Shown one piece after another: positions 1 to 8,684 of a stretch of 64,000 bases of DNA. A program made the position numbers and the translations under genes. Every line of letters starts with the position of its first letter. Positions within the stretch are counted from its first letter, which is position 1. The notes below the pieces were generated by a model. It was given only the letters and a program-made list of their open reading frames with translations, was not told the origin of the DNA and did no database searches. Source of the stretch: Deinococcus sp. (GTDB lineage Bacteria; Deinococcota; Deinococci; Deinococcales; Deinococcaceae); NCBI GenBank assembly GCA_965261005.1, contig OZ253375.1, positions 672,001-736,000 of the forward strand, read 5' to 3'.

Positions 1-188
1 GCGGCCAGCGGAATGGACAGCGCGCCCATGCCCAGCATGCTGACCCCGTAGATACGCCCGGCCAAACGGTGAAAACCCGCCCTCGTGCCGAACTTGGGCA
101 GCAGGGCGGCGAGGGCGCCCAGCAGAAAGCCGGCCCCGCCCAGGGCGATGTGAACGGCGCGCATCACGGTGTGCAGTTCCTCGGGCAT
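1..188 (-). CDS. Membrane protein (DUF2306-like), N-terminal part; runs off the window edge
   Basis: Manual translation from ATG at 188 (GGAG RBS upstream): MPEELHTVMRAVHIALGGAGFLLGALAALLPKFGTRAGFHRLAGRIYGVSMLG; H..G and HR..GR.Y patterns; just downstream of the marR gene. Confidence 0.6.
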   Translation of the reverse strand, partial: MPEELHTVMRAVHIALGGAGFLLGALAALLPKFGTRAGFHRLAGRIYGVSMLGMGALSIPLA

Positions 189-197
189 GGTCAACTC

Positions 198-599
198 CTA
201 TGCGGGGGCGCGCAGCTTGGCCTCGATCAAGTCGAGGGTCGCGCGCAGCTGCCCGAGCTGGGCGGCGTCGAGGTCGGCGAGGGTATGGTCGGCGAAGGTG
301 ATGGCGCGCGGAACCAGCTGCTGAAGCAAGGCAGCTCTGCTTTGGGTGAGGGTGAGTTGATGGGTGCGGCGGTTCTGGCCGGGGCGGCGTTCGAGCAAAC
401 CGCGCCCCACCAAGCCCTGCGCCAGCACGGAAACGCTGGCCCGCTCGATCAGCAGATAATCGGCCAGCAGCGACGGGGCGATGCCGCCCTCGCCCCCCTC
501 TTCCCACACCGCCAGCAGCAGACGGAACTGAGCTTGGGTAACGCCGAACGCGCTGAAGTGTTGATCGAAGCCGGCCGCCATGCGCGTGCCCAGACGCAT
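198..599 (-). CDS. MarR family transcriptional regulator
   Basis: GVTQAQFRLL..., LADYLLIERASVS, GLLERRP..NRR...LTLT winged-helix pattern; true start may lie further upstream. Confidence 0.85.
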   Translation of the reverse strand: MRLGTRMAAGFDQHFSAFGVTQAQFRLLLAVWEEGGEGGIAPSLLADYLLIERASVSVLAQGLVGRGLLERRPGQNRRTHQLTLTQSRAALLQQLVPRAITFADHTLADLDAAQLGQLRATLDLIEAKLRAPA

Positions 600-644
600 C
601 AGCGCGGTGCAGATGCGAGAATTGAGCAGCTCGGCCTCGTCTAT

Positions 645-674
645 ACGGTTAGTATCCTAACCGTTAGGGTACTA
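645..674. promoter_or_regulatory. Nested palindromes, probable MarR operator
   Basis: ACGGTTAG-TATC-CTAACCGT (645-664) overlaps TAGTAtCCTAACcGTTAGGgTACTA (650-674), directly upstream of marR. Confidence 0.55.
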
Positions 675-704
675 GCCATGGTGAGAGGAACGCGGCCGGC
701 GCGC

Positions 705-920
705 CTAGAGCATTTGTCAGAAGTATTGAGCGCCCTTCTCAATACTTCCCGAGTGGAACGAGTAGCAAGAGGAGGGCATTTGGCAACGGTATGGAGCGGC
801 GCAGGCGGGCAGGCCCGATAGGTGCCGTTGTGCCCAAGCGGCCAAGCGTCCTCATGGGCGCTGCTTTGGCCAAGAAGACGCGGAGCCGAAGTCGCGCAAT
901 AGAATTGACAAATGCTCTAG
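705..920. mobile_element. 216-bp MITE-like element with 15-bp terminal inverted repeats
   Basis: CTAGAGCATTTGTCA (705-719) ... TGACAAATGCTCTAG (906-920); internal hairpin GAAGTATTGAG/CTCAATACTTC; no transposase. Confidence 0.8.
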
Positions 921-927
921 CCCTTTC

Positions 928-1485
928 TCAGCGCCGCTTCTTGACGTGCCACAGCTCTTCCTCGACGCCGGCGCGGGCGTTGGCGGCGCGCGCCATGATG
1001 AAGAGCAGGTCCGAGAGGCGGTTGAGGTAGACGCGGGCGTGGGGGTTGACGGCTTCCTCCGCTTCCAAGCGGACCACGTCGCGCTCGGCACGGCGGGCGA
1101 CCGCGCGGGCGAGTTGCAGGGCCGCCGCCGCCGGGGTGCCGCCGGGGTGAATGAACTGCGTCAGCTCGGGCGCCTGCGCTTGGTAGCGGTCAATCATGGT
1201 CTCCAGCGCGGCCGAATCCGCCTCGTCCATGCGCGCGATGTTCTTCGCGTAGGGGCTGTCTTGCCGGGTGGCGAGGTCGGCGCCCAGATCGAAGAGGGCG
1301 TTTTGCAAGTACGCGAGGTCGGCGTCCAGGTCGGGGTCACGCAGGTGGGCGCGCGCCAGGCCGATCACGCTGTTGGCCTCGTCCACCGTGCCGTACGCCT
1401 CCACCCGCGCGCTGCCCTTGCTGACGCGGTCGGCGCCGTAGAGGCCGGTCTGTCCGGCGTCGCCGGTTTTGGTGTAGAGCTTCAT
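928..1485 (-). CDS. pduO: ATP:cob(I)alamin adenosyltransferase, PduO type
   Basis: MKLYTKTGDAGQT, EAYGTVDEANS, RAVARRAER, YLNRLSDLLF motifs. Confidence 0.93.
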   Translation of the reverse strand: MKLYTKTGDAGQTGLYGADRVSKGSARVEAYGTVDEANSVIGLARAHLRDPDLDADLAYLQNALFDLGADLATRQDSPYAKNIARMDEADSAALETMIDRYQAQAPELTQFIHPGGTPAAAALQLARAVARRAERDVVRLEAEEAVNPHARVYLNRLSDLLFIMARAANARAGVEEELWHVKKRR

Positions 1486-1522
1486 GACCCAACCTTAGCA
1501 GGTGCGCCAAGGCCCCTCTACT

Positions 1523-2404
1523 TCAATTCAGCTCCTGCCCACGCGCGTCCAAGTTGGCAAACACCGCGCGCAGGGCGGGGCTGTCTTCGGGGAGCTGCCC
1601 GTAGCGCTCGGCCAAGTAAAAGGCGACCCAGGCGCCGAAGTACCACAGGGCCAGGTTGCCCGGGTAGCCGCCCACGCCCTCCGGGTACGGCACCTGGATG
1701 ACCTCGTCCACCCGCGTTTCCAGCACCTCGCGCGCCAGCGCCAGCTCCTCGTCCTCGTCGCCCAGCACGAGGGCCACGCGGCCGTCGCCGTTTTCGTGGC
1801 GGGCCTCAAAGGCGCCGGTCAGCACGTAGAGGGGATCGTGCGCCACCGGGACGGCGAGGCTCTTGCCCACCCGCGCGAGCAGTTGCTGCCAAGCCCTGGG
1901 CAACACGTCCTCCCCCTGCGCCGCCAGCAGCAGCGGCGCGCGGCCCCACAGCGACCAAGCCAGCGTGCGCGCCGGGTTCTCCTCTTGCCCTGGGGCGCAG
2001 CGCGCGGCGAGGTCGGCCAGCAGACGGTCGGCCTCGCGCGCCTCCTCACCGAAGCCGGCGGCGTGCGCGACCCATTGGGCGTAGTGGTAGGTGGAGAGGG
2101 GGCCGCGCCGCACCAAGGCGCTCGGACCGGCGCCGCTCCCTTCCAGCTTGTCGCTCAAGCGGATCACCTGCGCGCCGCTCACCTCGGCCATGCTGGCGTA
2201 GTCCTCAGCGCCGGCGTCCCAATCGCCCGAGGCCAGCAGAAACTGGGTGCCTTGGGCCGTGAGACGGCGCCCGATCAGCGGGAACAGCAGCTCGGCGGCC
2301 AGGGCGCCTTCCCCGAGGCCCAGCACGGCGTGGGGACCGGGCCGCGCTGGGGCGCCCTCGGAGGCGTGGGGCAGGGCGAGCAGGGCGTCGGTGAAACTGG
2401 GCAT
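1523..2404 (-). CDS. SIS-fold protein resembling bifunctional phosphoglucose/phosphomannose isomerase
   Basis: LGLGEG N-terminal loop, NPARTLA, C-terminal WVAFYLAERYG..P pattern of the PGI/PMI C-domain. Confidence 0.6.
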   Translation of the reverse strand: MPSFTDALLALPHASEGAPARPGPHAVLGLGEGALAAELLFPLIGRRLTAQGTQFLLASGDWDAGAEDYASMAEVSGAQVIRLSDKLEGSGAGPSALVRRGPLSTYHYAQWVAHAAGFGEEAREADRLLADLAARCAPGQEENPARTLAWSLWGRAPLLLAAQGEDVLPRAWQQLLARVGKSLAVPVAHDPLYVLTGAFEARHENGDGRVALVLGDEDEELALAREVLETRVDEVIQVPYPEGVGGYPGNLALWYFGAWVAFYLAERYGQLPEDSPALRAVFANLDARGQELN

Positions 2405-2481
2405 AAGCGCTCCTTCGTGTTGATCCGTCTGTTGATCTGCGGGGCTTGCTCGGCGCTCAAGCGGCCTTCATCCGGCCTTAA

Positions 2482-2661
<180 letters not shown>

Positions 2662-2686
2662 TAGCACGCGAAAGAAAGGAAGTCAA

Positions 2687-4552
2687 GTGAATCAAAAGCT
2701 ACTCGTGCGCGTCCTGCTGGGCGTTTTGGCGGTGCTCTTGCTCGCGGGCATGGTGGTCACCTTCACGCCCAGCCTGAATAGCTTGCGGGCCAATCGCGGC
2801 ACGCCGGCCCTCAAGGTGGGCGGGGAAACCATCACGGCGCAGCAACTCGACCAAGCCCGGCAAGGCAACCCGGTGCTCTCGCTGGCCCAAGGCGGGGTGC
2901 TGGGCGTGGACTTCAAGACATACCTGGTGTATCAACAGGTGCAGCAGGCGCTGCTCAAGCAGGCCGCCTCGGACGTCAAGGTGGGCAGAAGCGAGGTGGC
3001 CGACCAAGTCAAGCGGATTCGCGACAGCCAAGGGCTGACCAAGAACAGCGACTGGCTGGCCTTTTTGCAACGGGCCGGCTACACCGACGCCAGCGCCCGG
3101 GAGCAGATTCGCGACGGGCTGGCGGTGCAGCAAAAGCTCAAGCAAATCGCGGACGCGGCGCCCAAGCCGACGGGCGCCGAGGTGAAGCTGTACTACGACC
3201 TCAACCCGGACGCCTTTAAGTCCGAGGCGCGCATCGTGGCGCGCGAGATCGTGGTGTCGGACCCCAAAAAGGCCGCCGACCTGCGCGCCCAGGCCCAAGC
3301 GGGCGCCGACTTCGCCAAGCTCGCGGGCGCGAACAGCTTGGAGAACAAGGACCGTGGCGGCGCCCTCGGCCCGGTGGAAAACGGCCAGCCGAAGGCGGTG
3401 TCGGCGGTGGCCCTGCCGCAGGAAGTGGCCCCGGTCGCCTTCGCGCTCACCTTTGGCGGCCTGACCGACGTGATCAAGTCCGGCGACCGCTATTACGTCG
3501 TCAAGGTGGACAAGCTTTTGCCGGCCGGCACCCAACCCCTCGCCCAGGTCAAGGACCAGGCCAGCAAGGCGGTCGCCGAGCAGAAAAAGAACGCCGCCAT
3601 CGAGCAGTGGGTGGACGGATTGCAAAAGAACGCCGACGTACAGGTGCTGGATCAGGGGTGGAAGTACTACAACCCCGCCGCCGCCACGGTGGCCGGCAAG
3701 AACATTCCCTACGCCGAGGTGATCGCCACCATGCTGGGAAACCAGCAGTTCGGCCAGTTTCTAAAGCAAGGTGGCGAGCAGGCCAGCACGCTGGTCAACA
3801 GCGTGTTCAAGCCGCAGGTACTGGAGAGCTTAATTCAAAGCTACGCCGCCCCCACCATCGCGAGCAACTTGAAGCTGCCCATCGCCGGCAGCCGCCAAGA
3901 GCAGCTGGCCGAACTGCGCACTTACGGAGCGAGAAAGGTTCAGGTGACGGACGCCCAGATCGCACAGGCGTATCAGCAGCAACAGGCCCAGTTCAGCACG
4001 CCGGCCAGCGCCAGCGTGAGCGAGGCGACCTTTGGGGACCAGCAAAAGGCGCTGGCGTTTCGGGCGGCCTTTTTGAAAACGGGCGGCGACTTCACGGGGG
4101 CGGCCTCCAAGGCCGGCGGCACCGTGGCCGAGCGCGGCAAGGTGCAAACCGGCGACCAAAAGCTGACCGGACCCAGCGAGCAGGCCGTGTTCAGCCGCCG
4201 GCTGAGCGCCGCCGGCGACGGCAGCCTGAGCGAGGTCGCGGAGCAGGGCGGGCGCTACAGCGTGCTGTACGTCACCGACCTTATCAAGGCCAGCGCCAAG
4301 CCGCTCGCCGAGGTGCGCGACCAGATTCGCGCCCAGTTGCTCACGCAACAGCGCGAGCAGGCGAGCCAGCAGTTCATCACGGCCCAGCTCAAGCCCATCA
4401 AGGTACAAAACGACTTGAAAAGCGCCATCGCGGGGGCCGAGAAGCTGGCCGCCAGCGCGCCCAAGCCGGCGGCCGGCGCCCCAGCCGACCAGACCCAACC
4501 AACCACCTCGCAGCCCACAACACCACAAGCGGCGCCCAAGAGCGACAAGTAG
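2687..4552 (+). CDS. Peptidyl-prolyl isomerase / SurA-PrsA-like foldase with duplicated parvulin modules
   Basis: N-terminal TM anchor, SurA-like helical region, GADFAKLA..S....RGGALG parvulin motif, second degenerate copy. Confidence 0.85.
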   Translation: MNQKLLVRVLLGVLAVLLLAGMVVTFTPSLNSLRANRGTPALKVGGETITAQQLDQARQGNPVLSLAQGGVLGVDFKTYLVYQQVQQALLKQAASDVKVGRSEVADQVKRIRDSQGLTKNSDWLAFLQRAGYTDASAREQIRDGLAVQQKLKQIADAAPKPTGAEVKLYYDLNPDAFKSEARIVAREIVVSDPKKAADLRAQAQAGADFAKLAGANSLENKDRGGALGPVENGQPKAVSAVALPQEVAPVAFALTFGGLTDVIKSGDRYYVVKVDKLLPAGTQPLAQVKDQASKAVAEQKKNAAIEQWVDGLQKNADVQVLDQGWKYYNPAAATVAGKNIPYAEVIATMLGNQQFGQFLKQGGEQASTLVNSVFKPQVLESLIQSYAAPTIASNLKLPIAGSRQEQLAELRTYGARKVQVTDAQIAQAYQQQQAQFSTPASASVSEATFGDQQKALAFRAAFLKTGGDFTGAASKAGGTVAERGKVQTGDQKLTGPSEQAVFSRRLSAAGDGSLSEVAEQGGRYSVLYVTDLIKASAKPLAEVRDQIRAQLLTQQREQASQQFITAQLKPIKVQNDLKSAIAGAEKLAASAPKPAAGAPADQTQPTTSQPTTPQAAPKSDK

Positions 4553-4565
4553 GTTGCTCCGGCGA

Positions 4566-4599
4566 GCGGGCGGACCTGAACCCAGGTCCGCCCGCTTTT
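4566..4599. terminator. Intrinsic terminator
   Basis: GCGGGCGGACCTG-AACC-CAGGTCCGCCCGC-TTTT between convergent genes. Confidence 0.8.
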
Positions 4600-4617
4600 G
4601 TCATGTAGAAGTTGGCC

Positions 4618-5139
4618 TCAAGTTGCGTACTCGATCTTGCCCGCCTGCCAAAACGGCAGCAGCAGTTCGAGCAATTCGCGCGGCGGCAGCGGTGAGGCGC
4701 CGATCATGTCGCTCAGGCTTCCCTTGCCCACTTGGGACAGCGCCCAGTATTGGCGCCGGTTCACGCGGGCTTGGTCGCTCCAGCCGGCGGTGAAGCGCAG
4801 CGGCCTGTTCCAATCGGGAAAGGTGCGCAGCAGCTCGGTCCAGGCGTCGCTTTCCTGCACCATCTGCGCGAGCAACGCTTCGCGGCGCAGCTTGACGCTT
4901 TGCTGAGGTGAGGCGGCGTTTTGCTCGAAGTCGAAGCGGCCTTCTTGCAAGCTGGCGATCAGGCTCAGGGCCTCGGCGCCGGTTTTGCTGAGGACCAGCG
5001 CGTGCGCCACCTCACCGTTTTCAATCCACACGTCCCCGCCCCGCGCGTGCTCGATGTGCAGCTTGCCCGTGCGGTTGCTGGTCAGCAGCATCTGCATCAC
5101 GCCCAGCAAGTCGAAGTCGGTCAAATTGCCCGAAAGCAT
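4618..5139 (-). CDS. DUF4388 (PatA N-terminal-like) domain protein
   Basis: MLSGNLTDFDLLGVMQML...RTGKL...GDVWIENGEVAHA...GAEAL...EGRFDF. Confidence 0.85.
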   Translation of the reverse strand: MLSGNLTDFDLLGVMQMLLTSNRTGKLHIEHARGGDVWIENGEVAHALVLSKTGAEALSLIASLQEGRFDFEQNAASPQQSVKLRREALLAQMVQESDAWTELLRTFPDWNRPLRFTAGWSDQARVNRRQYWALSQVGKGSLSDMIGASPLPPRELLELLLPFWQAGKIEYAT

Positions 5140-5199
5140 ATCAACAGTCTAAAGCATCCCCGCAGGCCGCGTTCCTATAGCTCGCGCGCCACCCAGAAT

Positions 5200-7224
5200 T
5201 TATACGCCCACCCCCTGCACAAAGCGGCCGAGCTTGCGCATTTCGCGCGACACGGCCTGCTCCACCAAGGCTTGATCGAGACCGCTGCCCTGCGAGACGG
5301 CCACGAAAATGGCGTGGCGGGCCGCGCTCTTGATGTTCGCCCCGGTCAACTTGAGCTGGGCGAGCCGGTCGAAGTCCAAGAACGAGGTGGGAAGCGTGGC
5401 CGGAAACGCCTTGATCCACAGGCGCCGCCGCTCTTCGGCGCCCGGTTCGCGAAAGCTGAGTTCAAAACGGATGCGCCGCAAAAAAGCCGAGTCAATGCTG
5501 CTGGGCAAGTTGGTGGTCAAAATGGCGAGGCCCCGGTACGCCTCCAAGCGCTGAAGCAGGTAGTTGGTCTGCATGTTGGCGTGGCGGCCGTTGGCGTCGC
5601 CGCCGTCCCCACGCTTGCCGAACACACTGTCGGCCTCGTCGAAGAGCAAGACGCCCCCGCCTTCGTCGGCGGCGTCGAAGAGCTTCTCCAAGTTCTTCTC
5701 CGTTTCACCGATCCACTTGCTGCTCAGCTGCGCCAAGTCCACGCGGAATAGGTCAAGGTCGAGTTCCTTGGCGACCACCCCGGCGGCAAAGGTCTTGCCC
5801 GTTCCACTCGGGCCGCTGAACAGGGTCACGATGCCGGAAGGCTGGCGGGCGGCGTACAAGTCCTCAACCTGCGCGCGGTAACGCGCGTGCAGCACCAAGT
5901 CGTGCAAAACGGCCACATCTGCTTTCGGCAAAACCAGGTCGTCCCAACTGGCCTCAACAGGGATGTGCTCGGCCAGCGAGCGGACCTGCGCCATTTTCGC
6001 GCGGCCCACGCGGCGGCACGCTTCCCAAGTCCTGACCAGCTTGTCCGCGTGCGAAGCCGGCGCGCCTTGCGCCAGCACGTCTTGACAGGCTTGCCACATC
6101 ATTGGCAACGGCAAGACGAAGTGCCCGGACAATTGGGCGAGCTGCCGCTGCTCTTCCGCATTCAGGACCTGCGCTGGCAGTTTTAACAAGTACGCCCACA
6201 GCGAGCGCACCTCCTGACTCGTGGGCGGGTTCACTTCATGGGACAACACGGGGCGTTCCAGTTTGAGCGCCAGCGGATCGCGGGTCACCACGACCACCGG
6301 GCACCACGCGCAGTGCAGCAGCCTGGTCAGGGCGTCTTGCAGTTGCCGCGTTTCCGAAAGCCCATTCGGGGCGCCGTCGGTGGCGTTTGCCACGGGCAGC
6401 TTGACGTACACGCACAGCGCGAGCGGCTTCAAGCGGGCTTCGCGCGTCCAATCGGCCAACCACTCCCCGAGGTTCGCGGCCCACTGATCACGGCTCTGGG
6501 CCAAGTCCAGGGTGCAGGCCCAGTGCGCCTGCTCGCCAAGGGCGGCGCACACCGACTCGCCGATCCGCCGGGCGCTTTCCAAATCGCCGTACAAGTTCAC
6601 GGCCAGGGGTGGTCGCCGCTCCCGACCTTCTGACGCGGTGGCGGGGGTTCGCAACGCGGCCACCACCCGGTCGCACAACACCTGTTCCCGCTGATGGGCG
6701 ATCCACGACTGCGTCACGCTTTGAACGCACAGGTTTGAATCAAGACCCCCTTGCCCCATCAAGTACTCAAAGGCCCCGGACGTCATCTGAAGTGGCCGCA
6801 GGTTGTGCCCGGCCGTCGGGTCCACGGGCGGCAGCAGGCGCAACAAGCCGCCGCGCAATAAGGGCGCGCCGGCCCGGAAAGCGCCCGGGTCGGCGTCCGG
6901 ACACCAATTCAGCAGCAGATAAGGAGAAAGGTAAGCTTGCAGCGGATTGCGGACGTCAAGCCCCAGCTCGTAGGCGCAGCGCGCCCGCAAATCGGGCGGA
7001 CGCAGCTCGTCGGCGGCGGCCAGCAGCAAGGCAAACTGTTCAAAAGCGCTCAGCTCGAAGGTCAGCGCCATCCGCTCGAAAGCGGTCCCCGCGTACCCGG
7101 CGGGAAGTTCCAGCGGATAGGGACCGGAAACGTCGGGATTCTGGTGCAGCTTGATCTGGTCGAGCAAGTCCTGTACCGCGAAACGTAAGTACGCCTGTGA
7201 ACGGACGCGCCAAGGGTCGCTCAT
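5200..7224 (-). CDS. AAA+ ATPase of the Afp15/Pvc15 (eCIS-associated) type
   Basis: N-terminal FELSAFEQFALLLAA and GAPLLRGGLL motifs, degenerate first AAA module, WDDLVLP, Walker A GPSGTGKT, Walker B VLLFDEAD, YLLQRLE, ILTTN, DSAFLRRI. Confidence 0.8.
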   Translation of the reverse strand: MSDPWRVRSQAYLRFAVQDLLDQIKLHQNPDVSGPYPLELPAGYAGTAFERMALTFELSAFEQFALLLAAADELRPPDLRARCAYELGLDVRNPLQAYLSPYLLLNWCPDADPGAFRAGAPLLRGGLLRLLPPVDPTAGHNLRPLQMTSGAFEYLMGQGGLDSNLCVQSVTQSWIAHQREQVLCDRVVAALRTPATASEGRERRPPLAVNLYGDLESARRIGESVCAALGEQAHWACTLDLAQSRDQWAANLGEWLADWTREARLKPLALCVYVKLPVANATDGAPNGLSETRQLQDALTRLLHCAWCPVVVVTRDPLALKLERPVLSHEVNPPTSQEVRSLWAYLLKLPAQVLNAEEQRQLAQLSGHFVLPLPMMWQACQDVLAQGAPASHADKLVRTWEACRRVGRAKMAQVRSLAEHIPVEASWDDLVLPKADVAVLHDLVLHARYRAQVEDLYAARQPSGIVTLFSGPSGTGKTFAAGVVAKELDLDLFRVDLAQLSSKWIGETEKNLEKLFDAADEGGGVLLFDEADSVFGKRGDGGDANGRHANMQTNYLLQRLEAYRGLAILTTNLPSSIDSAFLRRIRFELSFREPGAEERRRLWIKAFPATLPTSFLDFDRLAQLKLTGANIKSAARHAIFVAVSQGSGLDQALVEQAVSREMRKLGRFVQGVGV

Positions 7225-7248
7225 CGGTCGTCACCTGCGTGTCCGGAG

Positions 7249-8121
7249 CTATGGTTCACGCTTCTCCCGACTTGCCGCTGGAAAGGTGAAGGTGCGGGTC
7301 ACAGGGTCAAACAGAAAGACGCCGTCAGGACTGAATTCTAGCGTCAGCTTGAGCTTTTCTCCGTCGCGCGCCCGGTCCAGTTCAACCACGCCGGCGTGCA
7401 GCCCGACGTATTGAAAACGCCCCACCTTCACGGCCCGTGCCAAGTCCTGCTGATCGAAGCGGCAAGCCGCGCTGTCCAGACGCGCCTCAATGCGCTGGTC
7501 CAGCTTGGACGGCACGGTTCCGCCGCCGTACTCCTCCATCCAGCGATGCGCCAGCTTGGTAATTGCGCTACGCGTATCCTTCATATGGGGGCTGAGCCGC
7601 ACTTGGGCCGTCAAGAACGTCCGCATCAATCGCCCTCGCCCCATCTTCTCGGCGGGACCGAACGAGGCGTCACCGGGCGTACCGTCGGTGTCGTAGTCAA
7701 TCTGGGCGTGGTACGTCGTCTTTGATCGCACGTCGCGCAAAAAGAACTCCTCTGTACCAAAAGCGCTGCCCGAGGTGTCCGTGCGCCAGTAAACTTCTGG
7801 CGAGCCGTCGTGGTCCACGTCAGTCAACTTGGCGTCCCGTACGATGGTGTCCACCTTGGTATCCCAGGTTACTTTGAAGGTGTTCTTAGCAGGGACGAGC
7901 AGCAGCAGGCGCGTTTTATACTCCTCAGCAAGGTCCATCACAACCAACGCGCGCCGCGACGTCCCGGAACTCCACCAAACGGTTCGGACATCCTCAGCCG
8001 TCGTGCCAAAGCTTTGCCGCGCGAACTGCTCGGGACTAACGGCGCCGGCCACGCCACCAAGACACAAGGCGAGCGCCAGCGCCTTTACCCAGGCTGAAGG
8101 AATACGCCACCGCTTGCTCAA
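7249..8121 (-). CDS. Secreted hypothetical protein, candidate immunity protein
   Basis: Signal-peptide-like N-terminus (ALALALCLGGVAGA), Ca-binding-like DVDHDGSPE loop; TTG start overlaps the stop of the upstream gene. Confidence 0.6.
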   Translation of the reverse strand: MSKRWRIPSAWVKALALALCLGGVAGAVSPEQFARQSFGTTAEDVRTVWWSSGTSRRALVVMDLAEEYKTRLLLLVPAKNTFKVTWDTKVDTIVRDAKLTDVDHDGSPEVYWRTDTSGSAFGTEEFFLRDVRSKTTYHAQIDYDTDGTPGDASFGPAEKMGRGRLMRTFLTAQVRLSPHMKDTRSAITKLAHRWMEEYGGGTVPSKLDQRIEARLDSAACRFDQQDLARAVKVGRFQYVGLHAGVVELDRARDGEKLKLTLEFSPDGVFLFDPVTRTFTFPAASREKREP

Positions 8122-8684
8122 GGTTGCCGCTCCCCCGGATCAGGTTTGGGATGCCAGTTTTGCAAGAATAAGACATTAAAAATAGTTTTGCCGTCCTCTG
8201 CATATTTACTGCACAAGACGCTAAACTTCTTGCCTGTCTTCATCTGATAAAAAAGTACAGGCGTGTCCTCATTGGCGATCATAACACTGTCGTAACATTT
8301 CCTTTTGACGTTCTCCTTGCTGGTTTTATAACCTGCTACTTCTCCTATCGTGTCTACGAGCATTTGCTGCTGCCAAGAAGAAATTTTAGGAGCTTTTATA
8401 CCGGGGAAGAAAATGACCATTTTTACTATTTTATTCCCTTTCAACAAATAACTAACTTTATGGATAGTATTAGAATTCTCTTCTGTTTCTTGATCCTCTA
8501 TTAAATTGAAAAAAAATCTCACAACTTTTTTATCAAAACTATCAGCTTCGCTTCCTCCAAAAAAGCAATAGTGTTTATTACATGGGCTATTAGTAAAAGC
8601 TGATTTCGGAGAGTCAGCTATTTGAGCGAAGCCGAAAGACAAATTTGCTCCCATAAACAGCAAAACAGCATGTTTATAGATCAT
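8118..8684 (-). CDS. AT-rich secreted hypothetical protein, candidate immunity protein
   Basis: ATG at 8684 overlaps (ATGA) the stop of the effector-like gene; MIYKHAVLLFMGANLSFGFAQ signal-like start; very AT-rich. Confidence 0.6.
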   Translation of the reverse strand: MIYKHAVLLFMGANLSFGFAQIADSPKSAFTNSPCNKHYCFFGGSEADSFDKKVVRFFFNLIEDQETEENSNTIHKVSYLLKGNKIVKMVIFFPGIKAPKISSWQQQMLVDTIGEVAGYKTSKENVKRKCYDSVMIANEDTPVLFYQMKTGKKFSVLCSKYAEDGKTIFNVLFLQNWHPKPDPGERQP

